Part shown: piece after piece, positions 1 to 14,509 of the stretch
Position numbering within the stretch: position 1 is the first letter of the stretch
Layout of the letters: each line of letters starts with the position of its first letter
Assembly: GCF_006345805.1 (NCBI RefSeq)
Contig: NC_043015.1
Location: 7,378,001 to 7,442,000 of the forward strand
Origin: Octopus sinensis
Taxonomy: Eukaryota
Reading direction: 5' to 3'
Length of the DNA stretch: 64,000 bases
Position numbers and translations under genes: made by a program
Notes under the pieces: model-generated
What the model saw: only the letters and a program-made list of their open reading frames with translations
The model's database searches: none
What the model was told of the DNA's origin: nothing

Positions 1-933
1 ATGTATGTATCTTATACATATTCAAATGTGTTTCTTCCTGTGTTGTATGTTTTTTTTGCTGCCAAATTTCGGAAATGAAATATTATACTGTCTAAATGTT
101 TCTGAAATATATTCTGCAGAAATTGAAACAATAGATATTGCAGGAGTGGAAAGATATATAGTAATTTTTTTTTTGTTAACAGAGTAACACTAGAACAAAC
201 TTATGCTGCTGTATAATGCTACCAGTAGTCGTGGATAGTATTTCGTATTTAGGTGACATATGCTACTGTATTTAGAAACAAGTTCGTTGTATTATATTCA
301 AGTATGTGAAGTAAGACATTAGCCCATTTACTGAATGCTTTCATTCAATAATATATCTAATGTATCTATGAACCAATGGCTACCAGTGGTAAACAGGCGG
401 AGAGACGGTTATTTAATATTAGTTCTTTTCTGGTAGCCACAATGCTGAATCTGATTTCCTACAAAATTATTTTAAGGAATTACCGTTTACGTACGGTTCA
501 CAATCATTTGAAGGGTTATGGTAGTATTTTCCAAAGAGGTAGATAGCATACGAGCAGATTACTATTCAGTGTAGTTTCGATTTTCGATAATGTCATTTCG
601 TTTTAGTATGTACACTTAAATTGGATTATTGGTCATAGAACTACGCCTGAAGAAATAAAGATTGCGCTTCCATAACGCGCTCTTGATACACTTTATTTAG
701 ATACAGGGTTGAAGGGTGAAGGCCTTACAAGCGTTTCATATATGCAATAAGTTTCCATTTACTTACTAAAGTTCACTGGGATTTTAACTACATAGAATTG
801 CAAATAATCAATATCACAGTATGTAATTTATTTATTCAACCATGTAGATATAAAAAAAGGTAGTATGTTTAAGAAGTTCCCTTTGCAACTAAGTGATTTC
901 GAGTTAAGTCACACAGTCGGGAAGTGTCTTCTA

Positions 934-1166
934 ATATATATTTCTTTACTACCCACAAGGGGCTAAACACAGAGGGGACAAACAAGGACAGACAAACGGA
1001 TTAAGTCGATTATATCTACCCCAGTGCATAACTGGTACTTAATTTATCGATCCCGAAAGGATTAATGGCAAAGTCGACCTCGGCGGAATTTGAACTCGGA
1101 ATGTAACGGCAGGCGAAATACGGCTACGCATTTCGCCCGGCGTGCTAACGCTTCTGCCAGTTCGCC
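934..1166 (-). mobile_element. SINE family A (tRNA-derived), full-length young copy with an 11-bp target-site duplication
   Basis: The minus strand reads GGCGAACTGGCAGAAGCGTTAGCACGCCGGGCG...GAGTTCAAATTCC (B-box-like)...GTAGTAAAGAAATA. It is nearly identical to the plus-strand copy at 14945-15172. The direct repeat AGTGTCTTCTA flanks it at 923-933 and 1167-1177. Confidence 0.9.
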
Positions 1167-1169
1167 AGT

Positions 1170-1285
1170 GTCTTCTACGATGCGTCGTCGGGAAGTGTTT
1201 TCTACTATAAAATCGGGCCAAGCAGTGTTTAGTGAGTGTAGACGGAAACTGTGTGGAGGCTTGTCGTATATATGTAGATTTGTAT
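1170..1285 (+). mobile_element. Degenerate SINE family C-related head fragment, the target into which the family A copy inserted
   Basis: GGGAAGTGTTTTCTACTATA...GTAGACGGAAACTG...GTCGTATATATG resembles the family C head at 59043-59190. The upstream part lies at about 905-933. Confidence 0.55.
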
Positions 1286-1955
1286 GAGTGTATTTATGCT
1301 CGCGTGTACCTCGGTGTTGTTTTCGAGTAACACCAAAGCGATTGTAAAGAGGTGAACTGCAGAAATATACAGTTACCAACAGACGCAACCGTTTCAATTT
1401 TCATATATATATGTGTGAGTATGTGTGTGCGTATCATATATATATATTTATATATGTATGTATATGTGTGTGTATGTGTGTGTGTCTGTGTACAGAAACA
1501 AAAGAGGGAGAAAAGAGAGGGAGAGAATTGATGTATAATCATAAAAAACTGTACAGTAATTAAGAGCTACCCGTTTCTACTCGTTTGCATTAAAACCTGA
1601 AACGGTTCTACATTAACATTAATTAACATAATTTATAATACTCCTGTTGATTTGATTTTATTCATATTAGTTTAAATGAATTAATTATGTATTTTAACGT
1701 GATTACAAAATTAATGATTTTATTGTTAATAAAACGGCGCTTGGGCTTGATTAAATTACCAAGTAGTTGTAAAATTTATACTTTCTTGCACATTTGGTGG
1801 CTTCTCACAAATTTGACATGTATATATAAATAAATATGATATATACACATAAGAATTGTAAAATTTTTCTCTACAAAATTGGGTGTTAAATAATTGAGCC
1901 AGTAAAAGATTGGATATGTTTTTATGCCTATTTTCTTTGCGCTGGATTTAATTAT

Positions 1956-1964
<9 letters not shown>

Positions 1965-2023
<59 letters not shown>

Positions 2024-2040
2024 AGAGAGAGAGAGAGACA
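1965..2040. repeat. Compound (CA)n/(TA)n/(GA)n microsatellite
   Basis: Seen directly in the sequence. Confidence 0.95.
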
Positions 2041-3127
2041 AACAGACAGATATACAAGAGCGGGTTCAAAATTTTATTGCCTGACAATGAAGGAGTGATG
2101 ATAGATATGTTAAATCTTGCATGCTTTAATTTTAAATTTTATTAATAACTGCTTTGTTATATCCCATGCTATTAGCATGTTCCGTTAGAGGATTTGGCAT
2201 GGTAAAAGTCTCTGTTTCATGGGTGCCTTGCTGTGTTAGCTTATCAAAAGAACACCATGCTGATCACACTACAGGAAAACATAATATCGTTTGGGCCACA
2301 CACAGCTGGGTTCCTCGAACGTTTCCTAGGTTAGGATGAGTATTGTTTTGGTCAGAGATAAAGAGACAATCCATGTAGCGGAAATACAACTCCTAACCTA
2401 CTCCAAAGAAAGCCAAGATCGTTTCATTTGCAGAGATGCAAAATGCATTTTATCTATTGATTTGAAAAAAGTCATACCATTAATGGATAGTACTATATCA
2501 TTTTGCTGAAGCTTGTACGAAACAGTACATATAAATATATACACACACACACACAGAGGAAAATACGCCAGCATAGAAGTCATTGACCCCAATAGTTGCT
2601 GTGCGTGACTGTATGTTTCAACTAGACGGTTACTCTCCCTATACTTCAGGTTCGGCCCCCATCTACTAATCATGTGTTCCCTAACATGACAAAATCACTT
2701 GGCTGGTAAAAAGTGATGATCATGATATATCTACTGTTGATGCTTCTAGACTAGAAGGATGAAGGCTTCTTCACTAAAGAGATTCATGCAGGGACACGCC
2801 GCTGAAAGAAGTGTGTCGACCGAAAGGGGGACTATACAGAAAAATAAACCCCATTCGATCATATTTCATGGGAGTATCTCGATCAACTACGGAACTCTTC
2901 AAACGAACCTACAATATACATACATACAAATACATATATAATAAAACATGCTATAAAACAATATATATATATGCCTATATATACATACACATAGATATAT
3001 ATGCGTGTGCGTAAGAGCGTATCTGGGACTGTACTTACAGATAACAACAAATTACCCGACAATTAGTCGTCAACGATCCTCCCAGGAGTATATATATCAA
3101 TATATATATATATATACATATATATAT

Positions 3128-3335
3128 GTAAATGAGTATGTATATATTTATGTATGTATAGGAGTGTGTGTGTATTTATATATATATGCATAAATACATA
3201 AATGCACACGCATACATGTATACATGTGTATATATACATATATGTATGTGTGTTTGTGTGTACATATGGCGTATATTTAAGTATGCATGTGTGCATGTAT
3301 GTATATATATCTAAACATACCTATCTATCTATCTA

Positions 3336-3367
<32 letters not shown>

Positions 3368-3412
3368 CACAGTATATATATACATATATACGTATATACA
3401 TACATTATTACG

Positions 3413-3468
<56 letters not shown>

Positions 3469-4079
3469 GTAGGTACACATTCATATATTAATATTTCTGT
3501 ATGTATGTGTTAATGGGAAGAGCTATAATGTACGCAGCATAGAAATAATTTATAGATTGATTAAAACGAGAGCCAGGAAAAAAATAAAAGTTTAATACTC
3601 TGCCAAATAGACATGAGTATTCTGTTGCAGTAATTATTTGTATAAATAGCAATCCGGAATAATACATAAAACCAAATACCCTCGTTCCCCAAACTCATAC
3701 ACAAAAGCATAAGTACTCGCACGCGCACACTGACAGGCATATATAAATGTAACGCGCGCTGAGAGCGCCGAAAACAGAACCACACAATATTACACATGAA
3801 TATATACCTAGATACATATATGCATATACATACATATATATATATATATGCATACGTGTGTGTGTTTGATACGCAAACAAACAAACACGCACATGTATAT
3901 GTATACTTATGATTGTATGTGTGTGTGTGTGTGTGTGTATGGGTGTGTATGTGTGCATACTTATACATGCACAAACTTACATATATACGATTATATGTAT
4001 GTACGTATGCATATGTGGATTCTGCAAAATTAATCTCTATAATTGCACAAAGAAAACAAAACAGAAGCACCGAAAGAAT

Positions 4080-4128
<49 letters not shown>

Positions 4129-4615
4129 TGATAATGAAGACGATTATTACTATTATTATTACTTCCAAAATAATAATAATAATAATATAATGATAATAAT
4201 AATAATGATAATAATAATAATACAAAAACAAAAAAGGCCACAAATCATAGGAAAATATTAGAAAAAAGCATGAAAAAAAACCTAAACAAAACTTGAGTAG
4301 TAAATAAAGTGTAAAATGAGAGTGTGTAAGTTCTATGAAGTTACTGAGACGATAAAAATGATGTTCTTGGCTTGATATCCGGTCGATTTCCTTGGATTGG
4401 TACATTCCAAAAGAAAACATTAAAAAATTCTTTAACATTGTTATTAAGGGTTGTGTTATTCTTGTCAAAAATGATTTACAGTCACTCTGAAACAAAACAA
4501 TAAAATACAATAGAAACGAAATATATAAAATATTACATATTAATGTTATTGAAAAAGAGAGAAAAATACATCTATCAGAATATTAATATAATAATGCTTT
4601 GGTCATGTGTATATA

Positions 4616-4653
<38 letters not shown>

Positions 4654-5628
4654 TGTAAATGAGTATGTATATATTTATGTATGGAGTATGTGTGTATTCT
4701 ATATATATATATGCATAAATACATAAATGCCCACGCATACATGTATACATGTGTATATACATATATGTATGTGTGTTTGTGTGTACATATGGCGTATATT
4801 AAGTATGCATGTGTGATGTAGGTATATATATCTAAACATACCTATCTATCTATCTATCTCTCTCTCTCTATATATATATATATATACACAGTATATATTA
4901 CATATATACGTATATACATACATTATTACGCACACACACACAGACACACACACACACACATTATATATATATATATATATATATAATAATTTATATATAT
5001 AATATATATATATATATTATATATGTAGGTACACATTCATATATTAATATCTTGTATGTATGTGTTAATGGGAAGAGCTATAATGTACGCAGCATAGAAA
5101 TAATTTATAGATTGATTAAAACGAGAGCCAGGAAAAAAAAAAGTTAATACTCTGCCAAATAGACATGAGTATTCTGTTGCAGTAATTATTTGTATAAATA
5201 GCAATCCGGAATAATACATAAAACCAAATACCCTCGTTCCCCAAACTCATACACAAAAGCATAAGTACTCGCACGCGCACACTGACAGGCATATATAAAT
5301 GTAACGCGCGCTGAGAGCGCCGAAAACAGAACCACACAATATTACACATGAATATATACTAGATACATATATGCATATACATACATATATATATATATAT
5401 GCATACGTGTGTGTGTTTGATACGAAACAAACAAACACGCACATGTATATGTATACTTATGATTGTATGTGTGTGTGTGTGTGTGTGTATGGTGGTGTGT
5501 ATGTGTGAAAATGAACATGCACAAACTTACATATATACGATTTATGTATGTACGTATGCATATGTGGATTCTGCAAAATTAATCTCTATAATTGCACAAA
5601 GAAAACAAAACAGAAGCACCGAAAGAAT

Positions 5629-5671
<43 letters not shown>

Positions 5672-6150
5672 TGATAATGAAGACGATTATTACTATTATT
5701 ATTACTTCCAAAATAATAAAATAATTATAATGATAATAATAATAATGATAATAATAATAATACAAAAACAAAAAAGGCCACAAATCATAGGAAAATATTA
5801 GAAAAAAGCATGAAAAAAAACCTAAACAAAACTTGAGTAGTAAATAAAGTGTAAAATGAGAGTGTGTAAGTTCTATGAAGTTACTGAGACGATAAAAATG
5901 ATGTTCTTGGCTTGATATCCGGTCGATTTCCTTGGATTGGTACATTCCAAAAGAAAACATTAAAAAATTCTTTAACATTGTTATTAAGGGTTGTGTTATT
6001 CTTGTCAAAAATGATTTACAGTCACTCTGAAACAAAACAATAAAATACAATAGAAACGAAATATATAAAATATTACATATTAATGTTATTGAAAAAGAGA
6101 GAAAAATACATCTATCAGAATATTAATATAATAATGCTTTGGTCATGTGT
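3128..6150. repeat. Tandem duplication of a ~1.5-kb unit (copy 1 at 3128-4610, copy 2 at 4655-6150)
   Basis: Both copies start GTAAATGAGTATG and end GGTCATGTGT. The non-repetitive core (about 4261-4610 vs 5801-6150) looks identical by eye. All junctions lie in (TA)n tracts. Confidence 0.97.
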
Positions 6151-6163
6151 ATATATATATATT

Positions 6164-6196
<33 letters not shown>

Positions 6197-6521
6197 AATA
6201 CAAATATATATATAGATAGATACATATACATACATATACATACATACATATATACATACATACATATACATACTACATACATATATATATATATATACAT
6301 TTATATATCTATACATCTATATACATATAGATATAGATGCATATATATATATATTTCTGTGTGTGCATATAAATATATGCATGTATGTATATATATATAT
6401 AAATGCATATACACATATATACACATATATACATACAAATATATATGTATCTAAAACAGTCACATTCTGATGTATTCAAATATGAAATACCATATATATA
6501 TGTTTATATGTTTATATATAT

Positions 6522-6581
<60 letters not shown>

Positions 6582-6755
6582 CACACACATACATATATGT
6601 ATATATGTATGTGTATATATATGTATGTGTATATATATTTGTATATATATATACGTATATATATATATCAAAATACTTATATACATATATATATGAATAT
6701 ATGTAAGTATATTTATATATCTATATACATACACACACACTTGCGTACACACACA
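6150..6755. repeat. Long degenerate (TA)/(TACA) microsatellite tract
   Basis: Seen directly in the sequence. Confidence 0.95.
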
Positions 6756-7591
6756 TACGCACACCCAGGTGTATCTATATGCGTGTGTCTGTACGTCTTT
6801 AGGAGCAGTCTCATACTTAGAGGTGGTATGTTACTCTTTCTGTTTGAACATTTATTCCTCTGTGTATGCGATTATGCGCAAATGCTTTTGCGCTGGGAAT
6901 ATGCTGACTTTTCCCTTTCATATGTATTGCATGTGGAGATACTAAGTGCGGAGGTTTTACTTTGAAACCTGTCATAGACAGAGCATTATAACTTTAGGTA
7001 TAACAATTAAGTTTCAGATGATCTTACACGCATTGATGTACACAGGACCGTATAATACGCCTCCTGGGAATGCATCAAGCTGTAATTACATACGAAGTCT
7101 TAGACTCCGTCAGTTCCTTGACGTCTGTTTTGCTGTAACAAGAAATATTTGTTGAACAATATATATTTTTTTTTAATGAAAGAAGTACATGCAGGAATGT
7201 GTATCTGAACGCGTCATTTTGTGCGTGTGTTCACTCTGGTGTAAGCGTGTGGTTTCTATGTGTGTATAGGTATGTGTGTATGTATGCTTTATTTTTATAG
7301 TCTCATTTTTAGCTTATTCAATATACATTATCACCTTATAAAAAACCCACATATTGCAAATCGTCCTTAAAATCTACTCTACGCTTACGAATTAAAAAAT
7401 CTAACCCTCTCGCTCTCACTCTCTGTATCTCTCTCACAGCATATATGAAGGGAGAGACAAGCAGCTAGATGTACACTCACATATACGCATCTATTTCCAT
7501 ACCTGAATGTATGTATTCATTGGTGTCCTTCTCTATATCGCATTACACCCATACATACAAGTCATGGAGTGTTTGCAATTATGTAAATATA

Positions 7592-7633
<42 letters not shown>

Positions 7634-7974
7634 TTGTGTGTGTCCATATCTCTCTCTGTCTCTATCTCTCTACATATGTATGCATTCATACATATATCTA
7701 TATTGTATACATGTATACATACGCATTATATTTAATATGCATTATATTTTTATACACATACAAATATACCTTCTCACAGTGATATATAACTATACGTGTA
7801 TATATATAAGCATATGCATTGTTAGATTATATCTAGGCATTTATCTCACTATCTACCTGTCGCTTTATCTTTGTTATGTCCACACTTTAACACATAGACA
7901 CACACTCATGCACTCACACAGAAACACGTTTTGATACCCTTATATATATATATATATAATATATATATATATAT

Positions 7975-8029
<55 letters not shown>

Positions 8030-8716
8030 ATTTGCGTATAAATCTATGTAAAAACGTACATACACGCATACATAAGTGTATGTGCGTGTGTGTATATGTG
8101 CTTCTAACTCTGTGTGTGTCTACATATATAAATATACACATGCCTCAAGTAATCTTCATATAACTCTCTCTCCTTATCCTCATTTCTATCTATAACTTCT
8201 TCCAAACTTTCTAAGTATTTTTTCCCATCAGTTTATCAGTTGAATATATATATTTTTTTTCGTTTGCTTTATGTTCTTTAAGTTTAATCTATCCATCAAA
8301 CGTCTTTATCAATATCTGTATGAATATGTATAAGTATAACGAAGTAAAACCTCTACGAACAAGTGAAAGCGTATTCGTTTGGCAGGCATTCAAAGAGTAA
8401 ATCTAGTAGCTGGTGGTCTCAAACAAAAGTTGTGTCTGAATTCCAATACTACGATGAACAAATTTTCGAATATTGGAACAACGCCAAAGTGAACGGAGAG
8501 TAATTTTCTTAGGTTAAACACGAGTAACAAAAACAAACACAACTGGTCAAACAATTTGTTTTCCTATATCCTGTACTAAATATCCATATATTTCGCTTTG
8601 CTTTCTTTCATTATATCATTTCTCCCCAGTTGCCGTTTGGTGGTGGTTAATAATATAGTGCTATATGTCATATTAATACAGAGCTGAATATATGCTGTGG
8701 TTATTTGCTGTTGCTG

Positions 8717-8750
<34 letters not shown>

Positions 8751-9440
8751 GATAATGGTTATTATTGTTATTTTTCTTGCAGATAAACTATCTAACGGAT
8801 TCCGTGCTATTCTTTCCACAGAAATCAAATATTTTTGTTGGTTGTGGTTTGGGCTGGGATTAGACGTCACTCATTCATTTTTATATAAGCTCGTATTTCT
8901 AGATGAGTCTTTATTTTCTCTTTTTTCTTTTTCTCAACTTCCTTCAATATTATTTCTATAAATTACATTGCATAACCTCAGAGGGTGTAAATTAGATATA
9001 TACGATATGTAAATGAAATATATATGTAGGTAATAATTTTATATTCGGTTATACACCTTGTAGTATGATCTTGAAAGACCGTTTACCGTATTCAGCTATT
9101 CAATATCAACAACAGTTTGGCGGTGTAAGCCACTGGACCTGCTTAAATAATTCTTTTGTGTTGGTAGAGTTCATAAAAAATATGAGCGGGGGAAAATGGA
9201 ATTCAGGTGATCTTATGGAGATGCGTAATACGATACAATTACCAAAATGTATTATCGTAGAAATAAGCGAATCAGCAAAAACAAAGACAAAGAAATAAAA
9301 AAAAAGAGGAATCTTTCGCAATGTCACCTGAAGAGGCACCTACAATACACCACGACAGTTTGTACACCACCTCAACTGCAGAGAACTGGAGCATGATTTG
9401 TTGAACCAAACGTAGTAAATAAAAAGTTTCGTGAATGTTG

Positions 9441-9502
<62 letters not shown>

Positions 9503-9651
9503 CACAATAAGCAACAAGGATATCCAGAGGAAATGCAGTACGATAGTTTCATGCGACTCCATTTAATTGAACAATGCAATCATTTCATTACATTAATTTA
9601 AAATGTAGAGCAATCTTCAGCTGCACAAAGACATAATTTAATATATATGTG

Positions 9652-9686
<35 letters not shown>

Positions 9687-9859
9687 TGATAACGCTCATA
9701 GTGAACTGGCAGAGACATATATGCATTTCATATTTCTCGTTTCTATTTACTTTATCATCAGATAAATTATTTCAGATTAGCTGACCTGAAGGTCATGCCA
9801 TTACGCCTATGTTACCAATCAAAAACATTATCAACATTATCATTATAATTACATTTTAA

Positions 9860-10055
9860 ATTGCGGTGAATTAGCATCTTATCGAACAAAGTGACCTCCG
9901 TAATTTCGCCCACTGTTTACGTGCTCTGTTCTAATCACATCAAGATCGAATTTATACTTCATTATTTTTAGGTTCAATGGAGTAAAAGTACTGATGATAT
10001 CGATTAAAAAATTCCCTTCAATTCAGATAGTGTGCTAGGTGTCAGAAATAATCAC
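9860..10055 (+). mobile_element. Highly degenerate SINE family A copy
   Basis: Residual similarity to family A in the same order (GCGGTGAATTAGC...GATCGAATTT...AAGTACTG...ATCGAT...TGTGC). Confidence 0.45.
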
Positions 10056-11632
10056 TATTAAATTCTAGATTTGACCGTTGTCTTAAAACAGAAAACCTAA
10101 ACATATTTCTATTCATGGTGCACTGAAGATCAATTAGAAAAACTGTAAAGAAGATAGAAAAATTAGTGCTATATCAACACATTTTGATAAGAAAGAATAC
10201 TAAATTTCAAGACGCTCAAATATTAACATGGATTCTCTAGAAATTGTTTCCTTACGTTTGGGTGTTGAATTTTTTCTTAGCAATCACAAGTTTGTGGATT
10301 CAATTTATTGCACAGAATCCCTACAATTGTGTTTCCAAGTGATGAGGATGATATCAATTATAGCTAAAGTATTTGGTATTATATAGATATCACAAGTAAC
10401 GAAAATTATTAACCTCTTTGCATAAATCTTAGCATCAATAAAATGAGACATTGAACATAACTGTTTTATATTGTTTTCGTTATTGTTGTTTAATCCTAAG
10501 ACTGTTTTAAACAATCGAATCTACGTTTAAAAGTAGTTTGGCTGTGTTTATACCACCTTTGTGTTTTTGGACTAAATATTCAAATGTGTAGTTGAAGGGC
10601 AATAACATTTGCTTTGAGGTATATTTCCTGCTATTTTCAACTGCCTGAATGACCAGAAAGATGTTTTTTTCATTGGTACGTGGGGCATATTTATGACTAA
10701 GCAGAAATATGATAAAAGTGTTCCACCTGACCATATCATATTTTGGGCTGTTCCTGGCGACATAACCTAATGAACCTTTCTTTAAGGAAATAAAATAAGA
10801 ATGCTTCGTGAGAAGCTTGGCAAGTATTTTTAGTGGGTAAATAGTTCCCAGGCAGTGTAATAATTGCGGTAAGAATAAACGAACAAAGCATGACACATTC
10901 ACATTCATAGTATCAGATGAACGTAAAGTGATGGGTAGCTAATAAGAACTACCAAGGAGATGCAAATATCCAGCTAGTACGAATATTCTGTAAATATATT
11001 ATCTTCATTCTTTAATTATCTAATACAATGGCTAATTGCATAACAACTTCCATTACAAGATTCTGTTACTCTTTTCCAATCTAATTGTGATAATTTCGAT
11101 TATTAGAAGATACAATGGCACGCATTTTAAATCACATTTCAAAATCAAATTATCTCCTGTCAAAGCTGTATAAATCCTTAGTGCCAATTAATTCGAGGTA
11201 TTTGACGAGATGTAACAATGACATCCATGCTCTCTTGTCCATTCAAAAGAAGACGAGAAAAGAAAGATATTCCTTCTGACATTTAACAGATGTTTAATCT
11301 TATGTCTAGTCAGTAATCAACACCCTTTTCCTTCCAGTAACCTTCTTTAAGTAGATATAAAACAAAAACAAAGGAAAATATGAGAGACGTACGAAAAATA
11401 CTATTTTACTTATTTGCAATGGATAGAAAGACACCCGTACTGGTAGTCGTATTATTGGCCTGGCAATGGAGACATTTTTTTTAAAAATGGCATAAAAGCA
11501 CAAAAACAGTAAGAGAAAAAGAAATATTTGATTTAGAGATCCTGTTCTAGCATTCATCCTAGATATACATAGACAGTGACTCAAATAGAATCACAGAGTA
11601 ACACATACGCACACATTCATATCATATATATA

Positions 11633-11663
<31 letters not shown>

Positions 11664-12139
11664 AAGAGAGAGAGATATAAGTATAAATATCGAATTTATA
11701 TATCTTTATATCTATTTATATAAATAAATACACATATATACACATCTGTAAATAAAGTCATATATATATACATACAAACACAACACACACACACACACAC
11801 ATATATATGTACATACATATATACATGCATATATACATACATATATATATGTATGTATGTGTATGTACACATACATATACACTAATATATAAATACATGA
11901 ATATATATTTATATATACATATATAAGCAGTATATAAATGCCTACATATGTATATATATATGCATATATATATGTATGTGTGTGTGTGCGTGCGTGTATG
12001 TTAGTGTGTGTGTGCATGTCTGTTTTTGTCTGTGTCTGTGTATGACTATGTGTGCATTTGCATAAGTAAATTTAAGTGCATGAGCACACAGACCCCCGTT
12101 CACATATAAATAGGTTTCTCTCTTTGAAATCTCACACAT

Positions 12140-12250
12140 TATTGGAGGCAGTGGCAGAAGACACTTCCTCAGCGTGTCGCGCAGTGGGATTTAATTTCTA
12201 ACCACATGTTTGCGAAGCGAACTACTTTACTTAAGTCACCATGCCTGCAG
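12140..12250 (-). mobile_element. Degenerate SINE family C head fragment
   Basis: GAAGACACTT...GCAGTGGGA...AACCACATG matches the family C head in reverse orientation. Confidence 0.55.
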
Positions 12251-12654
12251 TTATTATCAATATCAAAGAAATAATTTAATGGTTGTCACACAATATAATG
12301 AGTTCTGGGAGTTAGAGGAGCCGATATAACACATGACGGGATAAAATGAATGGAAGATTGTCACGTTGAATGTTAGAACATGGTATATCAGAATAAACCA
12401 TAAATTGTACTACAATAGATATATTAGAAATAGCAAACAATTCTACCTGAAATACAAGGAAGGATGTGGTTCATTATAATGTTGCGCCATTACGGCTGAC
12501 TTATGGTTAAATAAAAAACGCAAGATAACTGGAGCTACATAAATTCAACTGCAACGACAGTAGGCTGATATCAAACATAATTCGGTATTCGATTTCCACG
12601 ACCGGAAACGGAAACCTCTGGCGAACAGTGACTACTGAAACTGTTTGACTGAAG

Positions 12655-12855
12655 TATGTTACTCTTACTCTTTTACTCGTTTCAGTCATTTGAATGTGGT
12701 CATGCTGGAGCACCGCCTCTAGTCGAGCAAATCGACCCCAAGACTTATTCTTTGTAAGCTTAGTACTTATTCTATCTGTCTCTTTTGCCGAATCAATACG
12801 TTACGGGAATGTAAACACACCAGCATCGGGAACAAACACAGACACAGAAACCTAA

Positions 12856-12900
<45 letters not shown>

Positions 12901-13060
12901 CGACGGGCTTGTTTCAGTTTCCGTCTGCCAAATCCACTCACAAGGCTTTGGTCGGCCCGAGGCTATAGTGAAGACACTTACACAAGGTGCCATGCAGTGG
13001 GAATGAACCCGAAACCATATGGCTGGTAAGCAAGCTACTTACCACACAGCCACTCCTGCG
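12655..13060 (-). mobile_element. SINE family C: tRNA-like head, internal (TA)n(TG)n microsatellite and conserved tail
   Basis: Near-identical to the copies at 43297, 50065 and 59043/60060. The head has A-box TGGCTGTGTGG and B-box GGTTCATTCCC. The tail ends in (GAGTAA)n. Confidence 0.92.
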
Positions 13061-14509
13061 TCTGTTTATAACTTAATCTTAGAACATACGAACCTATTGA
13101 CTATATTTTAATATAAGTTTATTTAGGCTTAATTTTGTATCGATTATTTTCCAATACTTAAGCAAAATTATCTCTACTTGAAAGTAAAATATGCCCCTAC
13201 ATTATATTCAAAATACACGTCTAGGAATTGTTTAATGAATTATTTTAGAAAAGGAACAGTGATTTTATTTAGCTTCAAGAAATTGACCTTAGTCAATATA
13301 AGTACTATTTTCCAACGTACTATGAGTATTTCTTGATTTCGTGCCAAATTATTAAAATATTGAAAAAAAAAAAGTTGTTTACAAGAACTGCTGTCAGTTC
13401 ATTAAAATAAAAATTAATGAAAGCATTGCAAAAGTAGATGAACTTTTACCATCCAGAATTTTACGATCAAAAGTGATATAATACAAATAGTTTTAACACT
13501 ATTGACATTAGTATAAAAGTGAGTAACATTCAGCCAAGGAGATTTTATAAATATTACGAAATACTATAGAACAAAGCCGTTATGATGTGTTGCAAGTATT
13601 TCTTTTTTATATATATATAATTGAATGTAGTAGAAAAATGAAATAACATTAGATATCATTCAATTTTATTATTTTGCTTAACGTTTCAGTAATTTGGGGA
13701 AAATGTATTAAAGGCAATTACAAAAATTGCTCTATAACATAGCGATGTATGGCTCCAACATTAGAATGGAAAGGAAACACAATTTGCTACATTTTGATCT
13801 AGAGTCAAATATTAATTATTTCCTCACAGCTGCAACATTAATAAAGCCTCATAGTATTTTGAACATTTAACAAATAATAATTAATAGAAAATGAAAATAT
13901 AGTAATATTGATTCATCTGATGTGGTGTTCCATTCTTTGATAGTCAAAAATGTTTCAAAATGTGGTTCGCAATAGAAATGTTGGCCTCGCATTGTTTCCA
14001 CATATTAAAGAATGATTGCCTCTTGATCTTTATCATCTGCAAATGGATGGCGTTGTTTGCTTATATTATTTATTTTACATTTGATTTGGGAAACAAATGT
14101 AAAGTTTTATTTATCGTATCGTTATATCAATATCAATATCTAGGGACCAAATTTAAATAGAAATAGAATGTTTTTTTCGCCACGTACTCAGAAGAACTTG
14201 GAGGTGGATGCCACTAGTTTGGGGATAATCCAAATCGACTTCATGCACATGAACTAATATTTAAATGTAATTTCAGCAGTTGCAATTATTTCGAAATACG
14301 TTGGCATCTGGACACAGAACAGAATGCCATATTATATAGAGTTGGGCATCAATGAATGTTATAAAGATGCGTTTTTTATAGTTTTTTTTTACTTCAAATC
14401 AAGATTACATAGATATGAATATTCAGAAGAAAAAAAAAACTGAGATTTTAATTAAGATATAAAACGCGATTGTCCGTCAATATAAATGCCTTGCAATATT
14501 ATAAATACT

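Noticed and set aside
2160-2400. Minus-strand LYFRYMDCLFI, resembling the Penelope RT YFRYVDD motif
   Set aside because: It is a single short motif without the DD pair or supporting neighbouring motifs.
8350-8503. Protein-like open frame NLYEQVKAYSFGRH...WWSQTKVVSEFQYYDEQIFEYWNNAKVNGE
   Set aside because: It has only about 51 codons, modest splice sites and no recognisable family, so it is within chance.
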